Of a DNA stretch of 64,000 nt, positions 29,175-42,368 are shown piece by piece. The position numbers and the translations under genes were made by a program. The notes beneath the pieces were generated by a model. That model was given only the letters and a program-made list of their open reading frames with translations, did no database searches and was not told where the DNA came from. Source of the stretch: Octopus vulgaris (Eukaryota); NCBI GenBank assembly GCA_951406725.2, contig OX597840.1:248001-312000 (forward strand), written 5' to 3'. Numbering within the stretch: the first letter of the stretch is position 1; every line of letters begins with the position of its first letter.

Positions 29175-30560
29175 TTCATCATCATTTCTTCATCATCTTG
29201 TACTTCATCATCTTCATCATCATCATTTCTTCATCATCTTGTACTTCATCTTCTTCATCATCCTCATTTCTTCATAACTATCTTCATCAACACCATCTTC
29301 CTCATCATCATCATCTTCATCATTATCATCATCATCCTCTTGTTGTTGTTCTTCTTCATCATCATTACCTTCATCTTCTTATACTTCAGCATCATCATCA
29401 CCATCATCATCATCACTATCATCGTCGTCATCATCATCTTCATCATCATCATCATCATCATCATCACCACCACCACCACCACCACCACCATCATCATCAT
29501 AATCATCATCATCATCACCATTATCATAATCTTCATCATCATCATCATCATCATCATCAACTTTTTCTTCTTCCTCTTCTTCATCGTCGTCGTCACCGTC
29601 ATCGTCTTCTTGTTCCTGTTGTTGTTGTTGTTGTTCTTCTTCTTCTTCTACTTCTTCTTCTTCTTCTTCTTCTTTTTCCCCTTCTCTCCCTCCCTCTGCT
29701 TCTCTCTCCTCTAAACCCTCCTCAGAATCAACCCTACCCCCTTCCCAGCCGACCCCCATTCCTGTCCTTTTCGCCTTTCATTCACTTTCTCCTTTTCTCT
29801 GGTCGTCACGACCGTAATTGACAGAAGCACTGAAAGCTTTTAATGTCCGCCGGTCAGTAAACAGACGTTACATGTCTTAATATTAAGATGGCCGACCTGT
29901 TTGTTTTTACATTAATTCAGGCAGTAGCAGTCAATATCAATAAAATTGAAGACTACTACTACTACTACTTTTTGTTCTTCCAATTCCCCTTCGTCTCACC
30001 TTTTTTCATCTTTTCTTTCTTCTTCTTCTTCTTCTTCTTCTTCTTCTTCTTCTTCTTCTTCTTCTTCTTCTTCTTCTTCTTCTTTCTTCTTTTTCTTCTT
30101 CTTCTCCATCTTCTTCTTCTTTTTCTTCTTCTTCTCCATCTTCTTCTTCTTTTTCTTTTTCTTCTTCTTCTTCTTCTTCTTCTTCTTCTTCTTCTTCTTC
30201 TTCTTCTTCTTCTTCTTCTTCTCGATCTTCTTCTTCTTCTTCTTCTTCTCCTCTTCTTCTCCTCCGTTTCCTCCTCCTCCTCCTTTTTTTGTCTCCTCCA
30301 TCTTGTTGTTCTTCATCCGTTTACCTTCTTTTTGTTTTATTCTTTCTTTATTTTCATTCTTATTTACTTTCATTTCATTTCCTTCATTTCTTTTTTTAAA
30401 TTTCTTTCTTCCTTCCTTCCTTCCTTTTCTCTTACTCTCTTTTCTTCCCGTCTTTCTTTCCTCTCTTTCCTTTTCTTCTCTCTGTCTATCTTCGTTTCTT
30501 TTCTTTCCTTTCCCTTCCATTAATTTCTTTCTTCCTTTGTTTTCTTTTCTTTCCTTTTTT
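29113..30560. repeat. (ATC)n and (TTC)n/polypyrimidine fields separated by a short unique island
   Basis: Directly visible. Confidence 0.9.
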
Positions 30561-30691
30561 TCTCGTTGAAAGGACTGACTCTTTAATGCAGTTTAATATT
30601 CACAGAAATTGCCTGAGAGAAGTTTCTCCTTTTGTGTGCAGTTTTCCAACTTTTTTAACCTCTCTGCCTGTCTAGCTACATTCATATACGC

Positions 30692-30724
<33 letters not shown>

Positions 30725-30807
30725 TGTATGTATGTATGTATGTATGTATGTATGTATGTATGTATGGGCATATCTATCTATCTATATTTATACATACATA
30801 AAACATA

Positions 30808-30852
<45 letters not shown>

Positions 30853-30864
30853 GTATATATATAC

Positions 30865-30939
<75 letters not shown>

Positions 30940-31039
30940 CAAGTACATACACACACATATATAAATATATATATGTATATATATATACATATCTATATAT
31001 ACATACATATATATGTATATGTATATATATATATACATA

Positions 31040-31077
<38 letters not shown>

Positions 31078-31141
31078 CATATATATGTATATGTATATAT
31101 ATATACATATATATGTATATATATATATATATATATATTCA

Positions 31142-31430
31142 TACAGTGTGTGATGGGTAAATTGTCGCTATTTTATATATTTAACTTCACGCATGCGCCT
31201 TGTTTAATTTTGATTTAGCTGACTACACAGTATAATAGGGTCAGTTGAGCACCGTGTGTGAGAAATACTGCTTGGCATTCGCACAGGAAGCTTCAATACG
31301 TACATTTCAGATTGTTTGGGTGTCAATCTGAGGACATGTACCGAGAGTGATAAAAAACAAACACCCAGTCAACATCATGGTGTTTGGAGTAATCACTTGT
31401 GATGGCGACGTTATGCTTCCCTTCACATTC
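31142..31430 (+). mobile_element. Internally deleted Tc1/mariner (maT/DD37D-like) remnant
   Basis: TA-CAGTGTGTGATGGG terminus; 31341-31430 translates PRVIKNKHPVNIMVFGVITCDGDVMLPFTF, resembling the K.KHP..MV.G motif of these transposases. Confidence 0.7.
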
Positions 31431-31682
31431 ATTCATTTCTCATGAGTGCAATTCCTCGTGAGTGCAACTGGTAGACGGAAACTGAAAGAAGCCCGTCGTA
31501 TTTATATATTTCATATACACAGATATGATACAGCCCTGACAAGGAAAGTTTGTCATGGAAGGAACGGCCTTGATTGTTAGTCTATTCGCTGAGATCCACT
31601 TTGGAACAAACAACAACGATGAATTTAGGGACTATTATTGCAATAACAGCGACGATAGGAATATCGGAAACGTCTACATAAT

Positions 31683-31845
31683 AGGCGCAGGAGTGGCAGT
31701 GTGGTAAGTAGCTTGCTTGCCAACCACATGGTTCCGGGTTCAGTCCCAGTGCGTGGCATCTTGGGCAAGTGTCTTCTACTATAGCCTCGGGCCGACCAAA
31801 GCCTTGTGAGTGGATTTGGTAGACAGAAACTGAAAGAAGCCCGTC

Positions 31846-31885
<40 letters not shown>

Positions 31886-32105
31886 TGTGTGTGTATATGT
31901 TTGTGTGTGTGTTTGTCCCCCTCGAACATCGCTTGACAACCGATGCTGGTGTGTTTACGTCCCCGTCACTTAGCGGTTCGGCAAAAAGAGACCGATAAAA
32001 TAAGTACTGGGCTTACAAAGAATAAGACCTGGGGTCGATTTGATCGACTAAAGGCGGTGCTCCAGCATGGCCGCAGTCAAATGACTGAAACAAGTAAAAG
32101 AGAGT
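31683..32105 (+). mobile_element. SINE family B, full length
   Basis: aggcgcaggagtggcagtgtggtaag...gggttcagtccc head; aaacaagtaaaagagag tail. Confidence 0.92.
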
Positions 32106-32334
32106 AATAATAATATTATTGGCCTACAACAATAATAACAACGATAATATGAGAAACAAGAAGAAGAAAGACAAAGACGTCTGCGCCATCATTATCATCG
32201 TCAAGAGGAATAATAACAGGAAGGATGTTGTCGATAATATGAATGTCAGGAATGATGTCCTCATCAGCGGAAGAAGATAACAGCAACAACAGCAACAATT
32301 AAAAAATCTTCAGGAATGTTAACAACAACAACGA

Positions 32335-33073
32335 CATCAGCAGCAGTAGCAGTATCAGGAGCAGCAGTAGTAGCAGCAGTAGTAGCAGCAGCAGCAGCAG
32401 CAGCAGTGGCAGCAGCAGTAGCAGCAGCAGTAACAGCAGCAGTAGCAGCAGCAGCAGTATCAGGAGCAGCAGTAGTAGCAGCAGTAGTAGCAGCAGCAGC
32501 AGCAGCAGCAGTGGCAGCAGCAGTAGCAGCAGCAGTAACAGCAGCAGTAGCAGCAGCAGCAGTATCAGGAGCAGCAGTAGGAGCAGTAGTAGCAGCAGCA
32601 GCAGCAGCAGCAGTGGCAGCAGCAGTAGCAGCAGCAGTAGCAGCGGCAGTAGCAGTAGCAGTAGCAGCAGCAGTAGCAGTAGCAGCAGTAGCAGTGCAGC
32701 AGCAGCAGCAGTGGCATCGCAGCGCGCTGTGCAGTGGCAGCAGCAGCAGCAGTGGCAGCAGCAGCAGCAGCAGCTAGCAGCAGCAGCAGCAGCGCGCTGC
32801 AGCGCGTAACAGCAGCTGCGCGTTGCGCAGCAGCGCGTTGTGCTGTTGCAGCAGCAGCGCGTGTGTGCGTTGCGCTGTGCTGTGCAGCGCGTGAGCGCAG
32901 GGTGTGCGCAGTGGTTGCAGTGTGGTTGTTGTTGTTGCAGCGTTGCAGCAGCAGCAGCGGTTGTTGTTGCGTTGTTGTTGCAGTCAGGCAGTTGTTGTTG
33001 TTGCTTGTTGTTGTGGCGTTGTTGTTGTTGCAGTTGCTGTTGTTGTTGTTGTTGCAGTTGTTGTTGCAGTTGC

Positions 33074-33110
<37 letters not shown>

Positions 33111-33446
33111 GGCGTTGCGTTGTTGCAGTTGTTGCAGTTGTTGTTGTGTTGCAGTTGTTGCTGTTGTTGTTGTTGCGTTTGCGCGTGAGCGTGTTGTTGT
33201 TGTTGTGTGTTGTTGCGGTGCTGCGCGGCTTGGTGTGCAGCAGGGTGCAGCAATGCAGCAGTGCAGTGCAGCGTGTGCGTGCGCAGCAGTGCAGCAGCGT
33301 AGCAGTGTTGCAGCAGCAGCAGTAGCAGCAGCAGTAGCAGTAGCAGCAGCAGTAGCAGCAGCAGTAGCAGTAGTAGCAGCAGCAGCAGTAGCAGCAGTAG
33401 CAGCAGTAGCAGCAGCAGCAGCAGTAGCAGCAGCAGTAGCAGCAGT

Positions 33447-33482
<36 letters not shown>

Positions 33483-33497
33483 AGCAGCAGCAGCAGA

Positions 33498-33564
<67 letters not shown>

Positions 33565-34366
33565 ATAACAATAAAGAAGGCTTTGGTAATAATAATAACA
33601 GCACCAACAACAGAAAATAACAGCAACAATAACAGCAACAACAAAGCTCAAGTAATGACAATAATATCAACAACAACAGCAACAACAGCAACAAAGAAAG
33701 CTTTAGTTAATAAGAACAGCAACACCGTTAGCAGCAGCAACAGCAACAACAACAACAACAACAACGATAACAGCAACAACAACAACAACAACAACAGTAA
33801 CAGCCACAACAATAACGACAAAAGCGATAGCAACTGTAGCAGTAACAACAATAACAAAGAATTAGTAACAATAACAACAACAACAGCACAAACAACAGCA
33901 ACAGCGGCAGCTGAAGCAGCAACAGCAGAAATAATATTAACGTCATCTTCATCATCATCATCATCATCACCACCATCGTAATCAACATCTTCATCATCAT
34001 CACCATTATCATCATCATCATCATCATCATCATCGTAATCATCATCATCATCATCTTCATCATCACCAATATCATCATCATCATCATCGTAATCATCATC
34101 ATCATCATCTTCATCATCACCAATATCATCATCATCATCATCGTAATCAACATCTTCATCATAATAACCATCACCATTATCATCATCATCATCATTATCA
34201 TCATCATCATCGTAATCATCATCATCATCATCATCGTCATCATCACCAATATCATCATCATCATCATCGTAATCAACATCTTCATCATCATCATCATCAT
34301 CGTAATCATCATCATCATCATCGTAATCATCATCATCATCATCGTAATCATCATCATCGTCATCGC

Positions 34367-34412
<46 letters not shown>

Positions 34413-34419
34413 GTCGTCG

Positions 34420-34454
<35 letters not shown>

Positions 34455-34456
34455 GT

Positions 34457-34554
<98 letters not shown>

Positions 34555-34555
34555 A
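32335..34555. repeat. Compound (GCA/GTA)n, (GTT)n, (AAC)n, (ATC)n field with a 105-bp higher-order repeat
   Basis: gtatcaggag at 32352, 32457 and 32562. Confidence 0.9.
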
Positions 34556-35074
34556 CAAGAGCAATTAGAAGACCGTTTCCGTCAACAAATACAACAGCGG
34601 CACTCACTACATGAACAAGAACAAAAAAAAAATCAACAAAATATTAGGAACAACGACAAAAACAACAACAACAACAACAGCAACAACAACAAAATAACAA
34701 CCGGAATGTCATCAACAACACAATGGGTACATCATAACAAAACGCGAGCAGCAGCGGCAGCAGCAGCACAACAACAACAACAACAACAGCAACAAAAACA
34801 TTAGATGGTGTATAAAACAACGGAAGAAAAATTAAATTTTAAAAAAGATATATATAAAAAAAAAAAAATAAATAAATGGAAAGAAAAAATCGCACGAGGA
34901 AATCAATCTAATGACAATTAATGAACAAATCAATAATTAGGTTTATATTTAATTATATTTAATGTATGGCGTATTAAATAGTTAACTAGAAATAATTATG
35001 TGGGGAGGTCGATAGATCGATAGATCGATAGATCGATAGATCAATACATTAGTTTTGCTTTAATATGGTTTTCC

Positions 35075-36545
35075 CATACATCATCCTGTGATGCACCTGG
35101 ACATATAACTCTGTGATGTTTCCCTGAGACCATTAGTTGCTTCGGGTCTTTGAACAATTAGAAACCTTCACCCTGGTGATTCAGTCGGGGTTGATCAACC
35201 CCCAGGTTGTTAGATCTACCCGTGCTAGAACCACCCGTGTTAGCACTGCCCTTTCCAGGACTTGCACGTTTTGACCAACAGCCAACCATTTGGATTTTCC
35301 TCTACTGGGAGTTCGTTAGGTGTTTCGGGTCTTTAGATATCAGACACCTTTATCCAAGCAATCTACCCAAAGTTGACTAAACCCCAGATTACACTCAGTT
35401 ATCACGGCCCCATCAAGGGCTTTGCCCTCATGATTCTCAGCCACCTTGATGTTGTTATTGTTACTGAGCTGCCTTCACAGCCAGCTTGACAACCTTCTGT
35501 CTACTGGCCCTTGTGACGCCCCTCAGCTTGTCATAAGCTCTATCTAGGGTCTGGACTGCAATCCACCTACATCCCACCTCGAAGGGGTCTCATCTCGTTT
35601 GTCACCCACTAATTTGGTTACAATTTCATCGGCCCAGCGTATTTCCTTCTCTTTTGTTTGACCAGAAATAATTTCGTGGTTGAGATTGACGAATCGATAA
35701 ATCCATAAATCAATAATTTAAGTTTGTGCTAACATAGATTTTCCATAAATCCTCCTGTGATGTACTTGGACACATCATCTGTGATGTTTCCCGAGGTCAT
35801 TGGGTGTTTGGAAACTTTCATCATCAAGACACATTTATCCAGTGACCCAGCGAACATTTGACCATGCCCCAGCTTGTGTCAAGTTGGCATTACCCTTGGT
35901 TTCACTGCTCCTTCCAGGGCTCATACTTTCTGAACTGCAGCCTCATTCATGTATTCTCTGCTGTCTATCCCGGCCAACCCGGTGGCTTTCCCACTACTAG
36001 GAGTTCATTAAGTGCTCCGAAAATTTCAGCATCAGACACCATCACGCACGTGATCCAACCAGGGTTTATGAAACCCCATTTGTGTTCAGTTAGCACTTTA
36101 CTTGACAACACAGCCACATCCAATCACCTTTGATCAAAAGCCTCTTTAAAGCAACCTTTATTCCTACAGCCAAGCTTAAAGCCCTCCACTTACTGGATGT
36201 TCAGTAGCTGTTGCGTGTCGTTTTAACATCAGACACCCTCATCCAGATGACCCAGCTGGAGTTGATCAACCCCAGGTTGCATCTCATTAACACCACTACT
36301 TGTGGCACTGCCCCTTCTATGGCTCACTCCTCACATTGGCACAACTTCTGCTGCCTCCATAGCCAACATAATGGCCTTCCGCCCACGGGGCCCTTATAGT
36401 GCTCAACATGGTCCAGGCTCTGCAGAGGAACTAGTCTGCAAATGTTCTGCATCCGACCCTCGGTGGGATCACACCTCGATTGCCAGCCATTCCTTTGGTA
36501 TAACTCTACCATCTCGGTATATTTCGTTCTCTTACTCTCGTTGAA
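35075..36545 (-). mobile_element. Cluster of decayed HERO-like (restriction-like endonuclease non-LTR) 3' ends
   Basis: The minus strand at 36330-36545 gives NESKRTKYTEMVELYQRNGWQSRCDPT, then after frameshifts EVGCR and RKAIMLAMEAAE; a UTR-like block (tttcgggtctt..atcagacacc..gttgatcaacccc) recurs about five times. Confidence 0.65.
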
Positions 36546-36549
36546 CGAC

Positions 36550-37300
36550 AAATAATTATATAAATGAGATAGAGAGGTAGATCGATAGATCGATAAGTCA
36601 ATAATTTAGTATAATGTCAACATAATTTATGATGGAGTATTAATTAGTTAACCAGAAAGAACAAAGAATTATTTGGTAAGACATACTGATAGATTGATCG
36701 ATACGTCAATAATTTGGTCTTGTGTTAATATATAGAGTATTAATTAGAAATTAACTAGAGGTAATTATGCGTGGAGATAGACAGATCGATCAATAGATCA
36801 ATAATCTATTTTTCTGTTAAAATAATGCTTGGATTATTAATAGGTTAACTAGAAATAATTATGTAGTGAGATAGAAAGATCGATATAGATCCGTAATATA
36901 GTTCGTGTTAACATAGTTAATGTATGGAGAATTAATTTGTTAGTTAAAAAGAGGGAATTATGCGGGGAGATCGACAGATCGATAATTTGCTTCTTTGTGT
37001 TAACATATTTAATGCAAGGAATACTTCATTAGTTAAGTAAAAATAATTATGTTTTGAGATAGTTAGATCGATAGATAGATTAGTAATTGAGTTTGTGTTG
37101 ACATTTAATGACAGAGCATTAGTTATCTACAAGTTATTATATGGTGAGATAGATAGATCGATGGATCGATAATTTAGTTTCCTGATAGAGTATTAGTTAA
37201 CTACACGTAATTATATGGTGAGATAGGCAAATCGATGGATCGATAATTGAGTTTGTTTTAACATATCTTATGATGGAATTAATTAGCTAGAAATAATTTC
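36550..37300. repeat. Degenerate AT-rich satellite (~80-100 bp period)
   Basis: Recurrent ttaactagaaataattatg..gagatag..agatcgat..ataatttagtt; further units at 34958-35070 and 35650-35745. Confidence 0.8.
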
Positions 37301-37454
37301 ATGATGAGACAGAACAGGACAGAGATAGGTTAGTTTCAATACGTTTACTGAATAATGACGGCGATAAAGAAAAGTACGAGTTAAGTACTGTACCTAACAA
37401 ATCTACTATACCCCTATCTACATTGACTTGTCTTGGGCCCCAGCTATCAATACT

Positions 37455-37686
37455 TATTTCTTTATTGCCCACAAGGGGCGAAACATAGAGGGGAATAACA
37501 TGGACAGACAAAGGGATTAAGTCGATTACATCGACCGCACTGCGTAACTGATACTTAATTTATTGACCCCGAAAGGATGAAAGGCAAAGTCGACCTCGGC
37601 GGAATTTGAACTCAGAACGCAGCGGCGGACAAAATACCACAAAGCATTTCGCCCGGTGTGCTAACGATTCTGCCAGCTTGCTCCGC
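37455..37686 (-). mobile_element. SINE family A
   Basis: Reverse complement of the family A sequence. Confidence 0.9.
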
Positions 37687-37823
37687 TATCAATACTGTCG
37701 TAGGAGTCATGACAAATCGTGAAACAATCTTTTTTGTCAACCTTCCCTAGTATGTTTGCCAGAGTTCGGCTCTCCGCTAAATGATTTACTCGCATTTTCT
37801 TTGATGTTACAATCAGACAGGCT

Positions 37824-37997
37824 TCATAGAATCGTTAATGCGAAGGTGGTAGTTTGGCAGAACCGCTAGAGCGTCGAAGGAAATGCGTTGTAGCAATTCT
37901 TCCGGCGCTTTACGTTCTGAGTTCAAACCCTTCCAAGGTCAATTTCGCTCTTTAATCGATTCTGAGGTCGGTAAAATAAAGTACCAGACAATTATAG
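37824..37997 (+). repeat. 174-bp direct duplicate (old SINE A plus flank) of 39549-39722
   Basis: About 7 substitutions between the copies by eye. Confidence 0.9.
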
Positions 37998-38335
37998 CAA
38001 TAATCCACAAAAGAGTATAGCGAACTTGACGTGAACAATAGAGACTTCGACGATTCGCAGAGAGTCCTTCTTCAGAGAAAAGTTAACAGGAGAGAAATTA
38101 AAGAGATGCAACTGAGTTTTACGCGTCGTGTGTTAGGAAAAAAAGATCGGAACTGATAAAGAACGCAAGACCACCGGAGATTCATTTGCGGAACGGAAGC
38201 ATACCTTAGACAGGAAGCATTGCCTGGACAGGAAGCTATTCTTTGGTATTGTATATCTATCCTACCCTAACCCTATCTACTCAATATTAACATAAATTTG
38301 TTTGAAATTTTAAGGTGTTTCCATTATTTTGTCCA

Positions 38336-38398
<63 letters not shown>

Positions 38399-38484
38399 GT
38401 GTATATATTTATAATATTTTGTGAAATTTGATTTAGTATTTATAAATTTAATTGTTTTCTGTAAGTTTGGAATAATATCCCCTC

Positions 38485-38537
<53 letters not shown>

Positions 38538-38688
38538 TTCTTTATTTCGTATATTTTCATCTGTCTTGCTTATTTTTACATTCTTGCATTTGCTAAAATT
38601 TTCTTGAGAACACACTCTTCTTGGTAAGGTGATTTGACGTCTATCTTTAGCACATTAGGATTCATTTTGGTGGTCATTCCTCTTAGTT

Positions 38689-38746
<58 letters not shown>

Positions 38747-38751
38747 TATAT

Positions 38752-38990
38752 ATATTAAATTAGAGATAAAACCACTATTAGGCAAATCAAACAATGAAAA
38801 ACTTAAGCCAATACATAAAATTAATTAATTTATATTATTTTAAATATATATCAAAAGTATTAAAAGTTTAATAAAAGATAATGAGTAAAACACAACGATC
38901 GTTTCATGGCTGTACAATTCGTAATAATTCGAGTTATGGTTATAGTCAATCTTCAGGTGATTGAAATATTTATCTTAGCGAGGTTTAGCA
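38752..38990 (-). mobile_element. Short copy of the AT-rich Penelope-like element with an HHR
   Basis: Collinear with both ends of 44112-45280; lacks ~0.9 kb of its middle. Confidence 0.8.
38891..38959 (-). ncRNA. Type-I hammerhead motif with extended stem II
   Basis: Reverse complement: cac-CTGAAGA-ttgactata...tacagccat-GAAAC-GATC-GTT-gtg. Confidence 0.7.
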
Positions 38991-39031
38991 ATGATGTATA
39001 TATACATGTATATGTATATACATACATATAC

Positions 39032-39099
<68 letters not shown>

Positions 39100-39548
39100 G
39101 TATATATATGTGTGTGTATACATAAACTTTCCCTTCATATATATATACATATGCATGTATACATATATATGCAAGTGTCTATGTGTGTAAGGAATAGGGC
39201 GTGCTCCATCATGACTGAAACAAGTATAAGAATACACACGCATACACACTCACACAGGCACGCATATTTATATGTACACTCACACATCTCGTCGTCGTAT
39301 ATTTTTTTTTAGATACAGCGTATCGAAGTCTGAAATATCGTTGGCAATATGGAAGCGCGAACGCGTGAGGACCTGTCAATGACCTGCTTGAAATAGTAAC
39401 GTTATCTCCCTCCAATCACGTTCTGGTTTCCAATCAAAGATTGAATTTGCCTTTCATCATTCTGGAGGTCAATAAAATCAAACATGGGTCAAGTATCGAT
39501 CTCGATCGCATCGATAATTCTCACATATAACATTTCTGGTTTTCTTTC

Positions 39549-39782
39549 TCATAGAATCGTTAATGCGAAGGTGGTAGTTTGGCAGAACCGCTAGAGCGTC
39601 GAAGGAAATGCGTTGTAGCAATTCTTCAGGCGCTTTACGTTCTGAGTTCAATCCCTTCCAAGGTCAATTTTGCTCGTTAATCGACTCCGAGGTCGATAAA
39701 ATAAAGTACCAGACAATTATAGGTGTTTGATGTAATCACTTTACTCCTTGCCTCCAAAACGTTCTGTCTTGTGCCGAAATCA
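39549..39782 (+). mobile_element. Old SINE family A copy (partner of the 37824 duplicate)
   Basis: gtttggcagaaccgctagagcg...tacgttctgagttcaa...gaggtcgataaaataaagtaccag. Confidence 0.8.
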
Positions 39783-39966
39783 GAAGCAGTTGTTATTACT
39801 GTTGGAAGAAAAAGAAATAGGAGGCGTAAGAGAATAAAGAACGAAATAGAAAATGAAGAAGAATGAAGGAAATGAAGAAGAAAATAAAGAATGAAGAAGA
39901 AAAAGAGTGAAGAAAGAAGAAAAGAATGGAGAATGATGAGAAAGAAAACGAAAAAGAAGTTGATTA

Positions 39967-39997
<31 letters not shown>

Positions 39998-40024
39998 TGA
40001 TGTTTGGGAATCTCTGATGTTTTT

Positions 40025-40109
40025 TCGGCTGATGAGTACGAGCCACCTATATTTACTGCAATTTTTGTAGCTTTATTAAAGATGTCCTCGTACGAAACAA
40101 TTGTACCGA
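40025..40109 (+). ncRNA. Canonical type-I hammerhead ribozyme motif
   Basis: tcgg-CTGATGA-GTACGAG...CTCGTAC-GAAAC-AATT-GTA-ccga; 7-bp stem II base; predicted cut after 40105; in a ~143-bp island between (TA)n tracts. Confidence 0.87.
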
Positions 40110-40139
40110 TATATTGATCCATTCTTGTTGCTTTTCTCC

Positions 40140-40184
<45 letters not shown>

Positions 40185-40187
<3 letters not shown>

Positions 40188-40352
40188 TGAGTCTGTGTTT
40201 GTCCCCCTCAACATCATTTCACAACCGATGTTAGTGTGTTTATGTCCCCGTAACCTAGCAGATCAGCAAAAAAAAAAAAAGAAACCGATAGATTAAGAAC
40301 TAGGCTTACAAAGAATAAGTCCTGGGGTCGATTTGTTCGACTAAAGGCGGTG
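40185..40352 (+). mobile_element. SINE family B 3' half
   Basis: tgtgtttgtccccc...ggcttacaaagaataagtcctggggtcgatttgttcgactaaaggcggtg. Confidence 0.85.
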
Positions 40353-40734
40353 TTCTTTTATACATTGTTTTAGTCGACACCCCTTCCGACAAACAGCAGG
40401 CCTAGAGTGAAAATTTGAGACAATTGTTGTTGTTGCTAGTGTCGTGGTTGTTAATATTATTAACGTTAACATTAATGATTAGGGCGACACCTATGAGAGA
40501 GAGAGAGAGGGGGGAGAAAGATAGGGGAGAGATATGGAGAGAGAGAGAGAAAGAGGTAATAGTGTGAGAGATGTATTTATTACAAATAGTGCGAAAGAAA
40601 CACTGAGAAAGTGGGAGTCGTGGGTTGGGTAGCAGGAAGAGTGAAATATTGAATGGTGGGCAGGAAGACTGCTTTTGTGTGTTTACGTTTGTATACAAAT
40701 ATATGCTTGTATACACACGTGAGTGTGTATACAA

Positions 40735-40777
<43 letters not shown>

Positions 40778-41062
40778 TATACACCACATGAATTATATAT
40801 ATATATTTTTTTTTTTTTTTTTTTTTCAGTTTCATCTTGATACCGCCATTGTGGTGAAAGAGTACAGCGGGATCACCACCCCTATATAATATAGAGAATC
40901 GAAACCGCGATCCTGCGACCGCGATATATATACACCACATGAATCATATATATATATATATATATATACAACAATGGCATATATGTATGTATACATGTGT
41001 ACACACATACACATATATACATACGTATGCAGTATACAGAGAACAAGTGGCGTAAGAAATGT

Positions 41063-41112
<50 letters not shown>

Positions 41113-41884
41113 GTAAACACAGAGAGAGAGAGAGAGGGAGAGAAAAAAAAAGAAAGAATGAGAATCAGGCAGACAGAGAAGGAGTGAAAAAGGGGAAGAG
41201 AGCGATGGACTGGGAGAAGGGAAAAGACAATACTTCAAAGAAATGTCCAAGGTTAAACAACATAATATTCTGAACAAGCGATTGCATGACACTACAAGAT
41301 CAAACATGCACGCACACACACATACACACACTAACAGACACACACAAACACATATTGATAAGCAATCGATGTCTTTCTTTACTATGTATCTATTCCACAA
41401 TTCCAGCTGTATCCATTTTGAAATGGACAGTGTTTTAGACAATTCCTAGATGCCATAATGAATTTTAATTCAAAACCATCTCATTTTATCTTCCTCTCTC
41501 TCCATAAACTCTCAACTCGCTTCTGCACGACAGCACACTGGCTTCAGTAAGGCTATGTTAATCATTTGAGACGCAATTGTCGTTTTGTCATGCAAAATTA
41601 TGTCAGCTTTGCTGGACATAAACATGTGATCAAGTGTGGCAAAACTTCAAGCATTAATTTGGTTTATGTCAGTTTTTCTGTAACATACGAACTTTTGTTA
41701 TGTTTCTACAACGTTATTCTTGCAACAAAGTTGGAATTGATTCGTGTTCGGAAGTAAATACATACATACAAAACATACATACACACTCACACACACACGA
41801 ACACACGCACATATGTATATATATTCACGATGCACTTGTAGATGTCGAGTGAAATAGCGTGTCGCATAATCTTGGCTATAAGCG

Positions 41885-42044
41885 TAGGCGCAGCTGTGTG
41901 ATAAGAGCTTTGCTTCCCAGCCTCGTAGCTCCAGGTTCAGTGCACTGCGGCGCTGGCACTTTGAGCAAAACTCTTCTACTGTAGCCTCGGGCCGACCAAA
42001 GCCTTTTGAGTGGGTTTCGTAGACGGAAACTGAAAAAGCGCGTC

Positions 42045-42046
<2 letters not shown>
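41885..42046 (+). mobile_element. SINE family B 5' half, diverged
   Basis: agcctcgggccgaccaaagcctt...gtagacggaaactgaaa. Confidence 0.8.
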
Positions 42047-42113
<67 letters not shown>

Positions 42114-42273
42114 GTTTGTAAAAGTTTTTAATTTTCATCTCATTAAATTTATCCAGCTTCTGTGTATCTAGTACACACTTCGCCTTTTAATGTACTTATA
42201 TATGAATAATATATGGCGTGTGCTAGAACACCGGCGATAATAATTAATTTTATTGTATCGCATTTGACTTTGG

Positions 42274-42315
<42 letters not shown>

Positions 42316-42368
42316 AAAACAAAGTTTGAAAATGCAACTATATAAGATAAATTTTAATTTCCTTAGAG

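Noticed and set aside
32235-32270. Minus-strand CTGATGA-GGA...TCC
   Set aside because: Followed by TGACA rather than GAAA; no stem I or stem III.
32299-34607. 236-450 aa Ala/Cys/Leu/Asp-rich ORFs
   Set aside because: Microsatellite translations, partly over a probable artefact segment.
38045-38080. Minus-strand CTGAAGA...GAATCGTC HHR-like motif
   Set aside because: GAAA is broken and stems I/II are poor; possibly a decayed HHR but not supportable.
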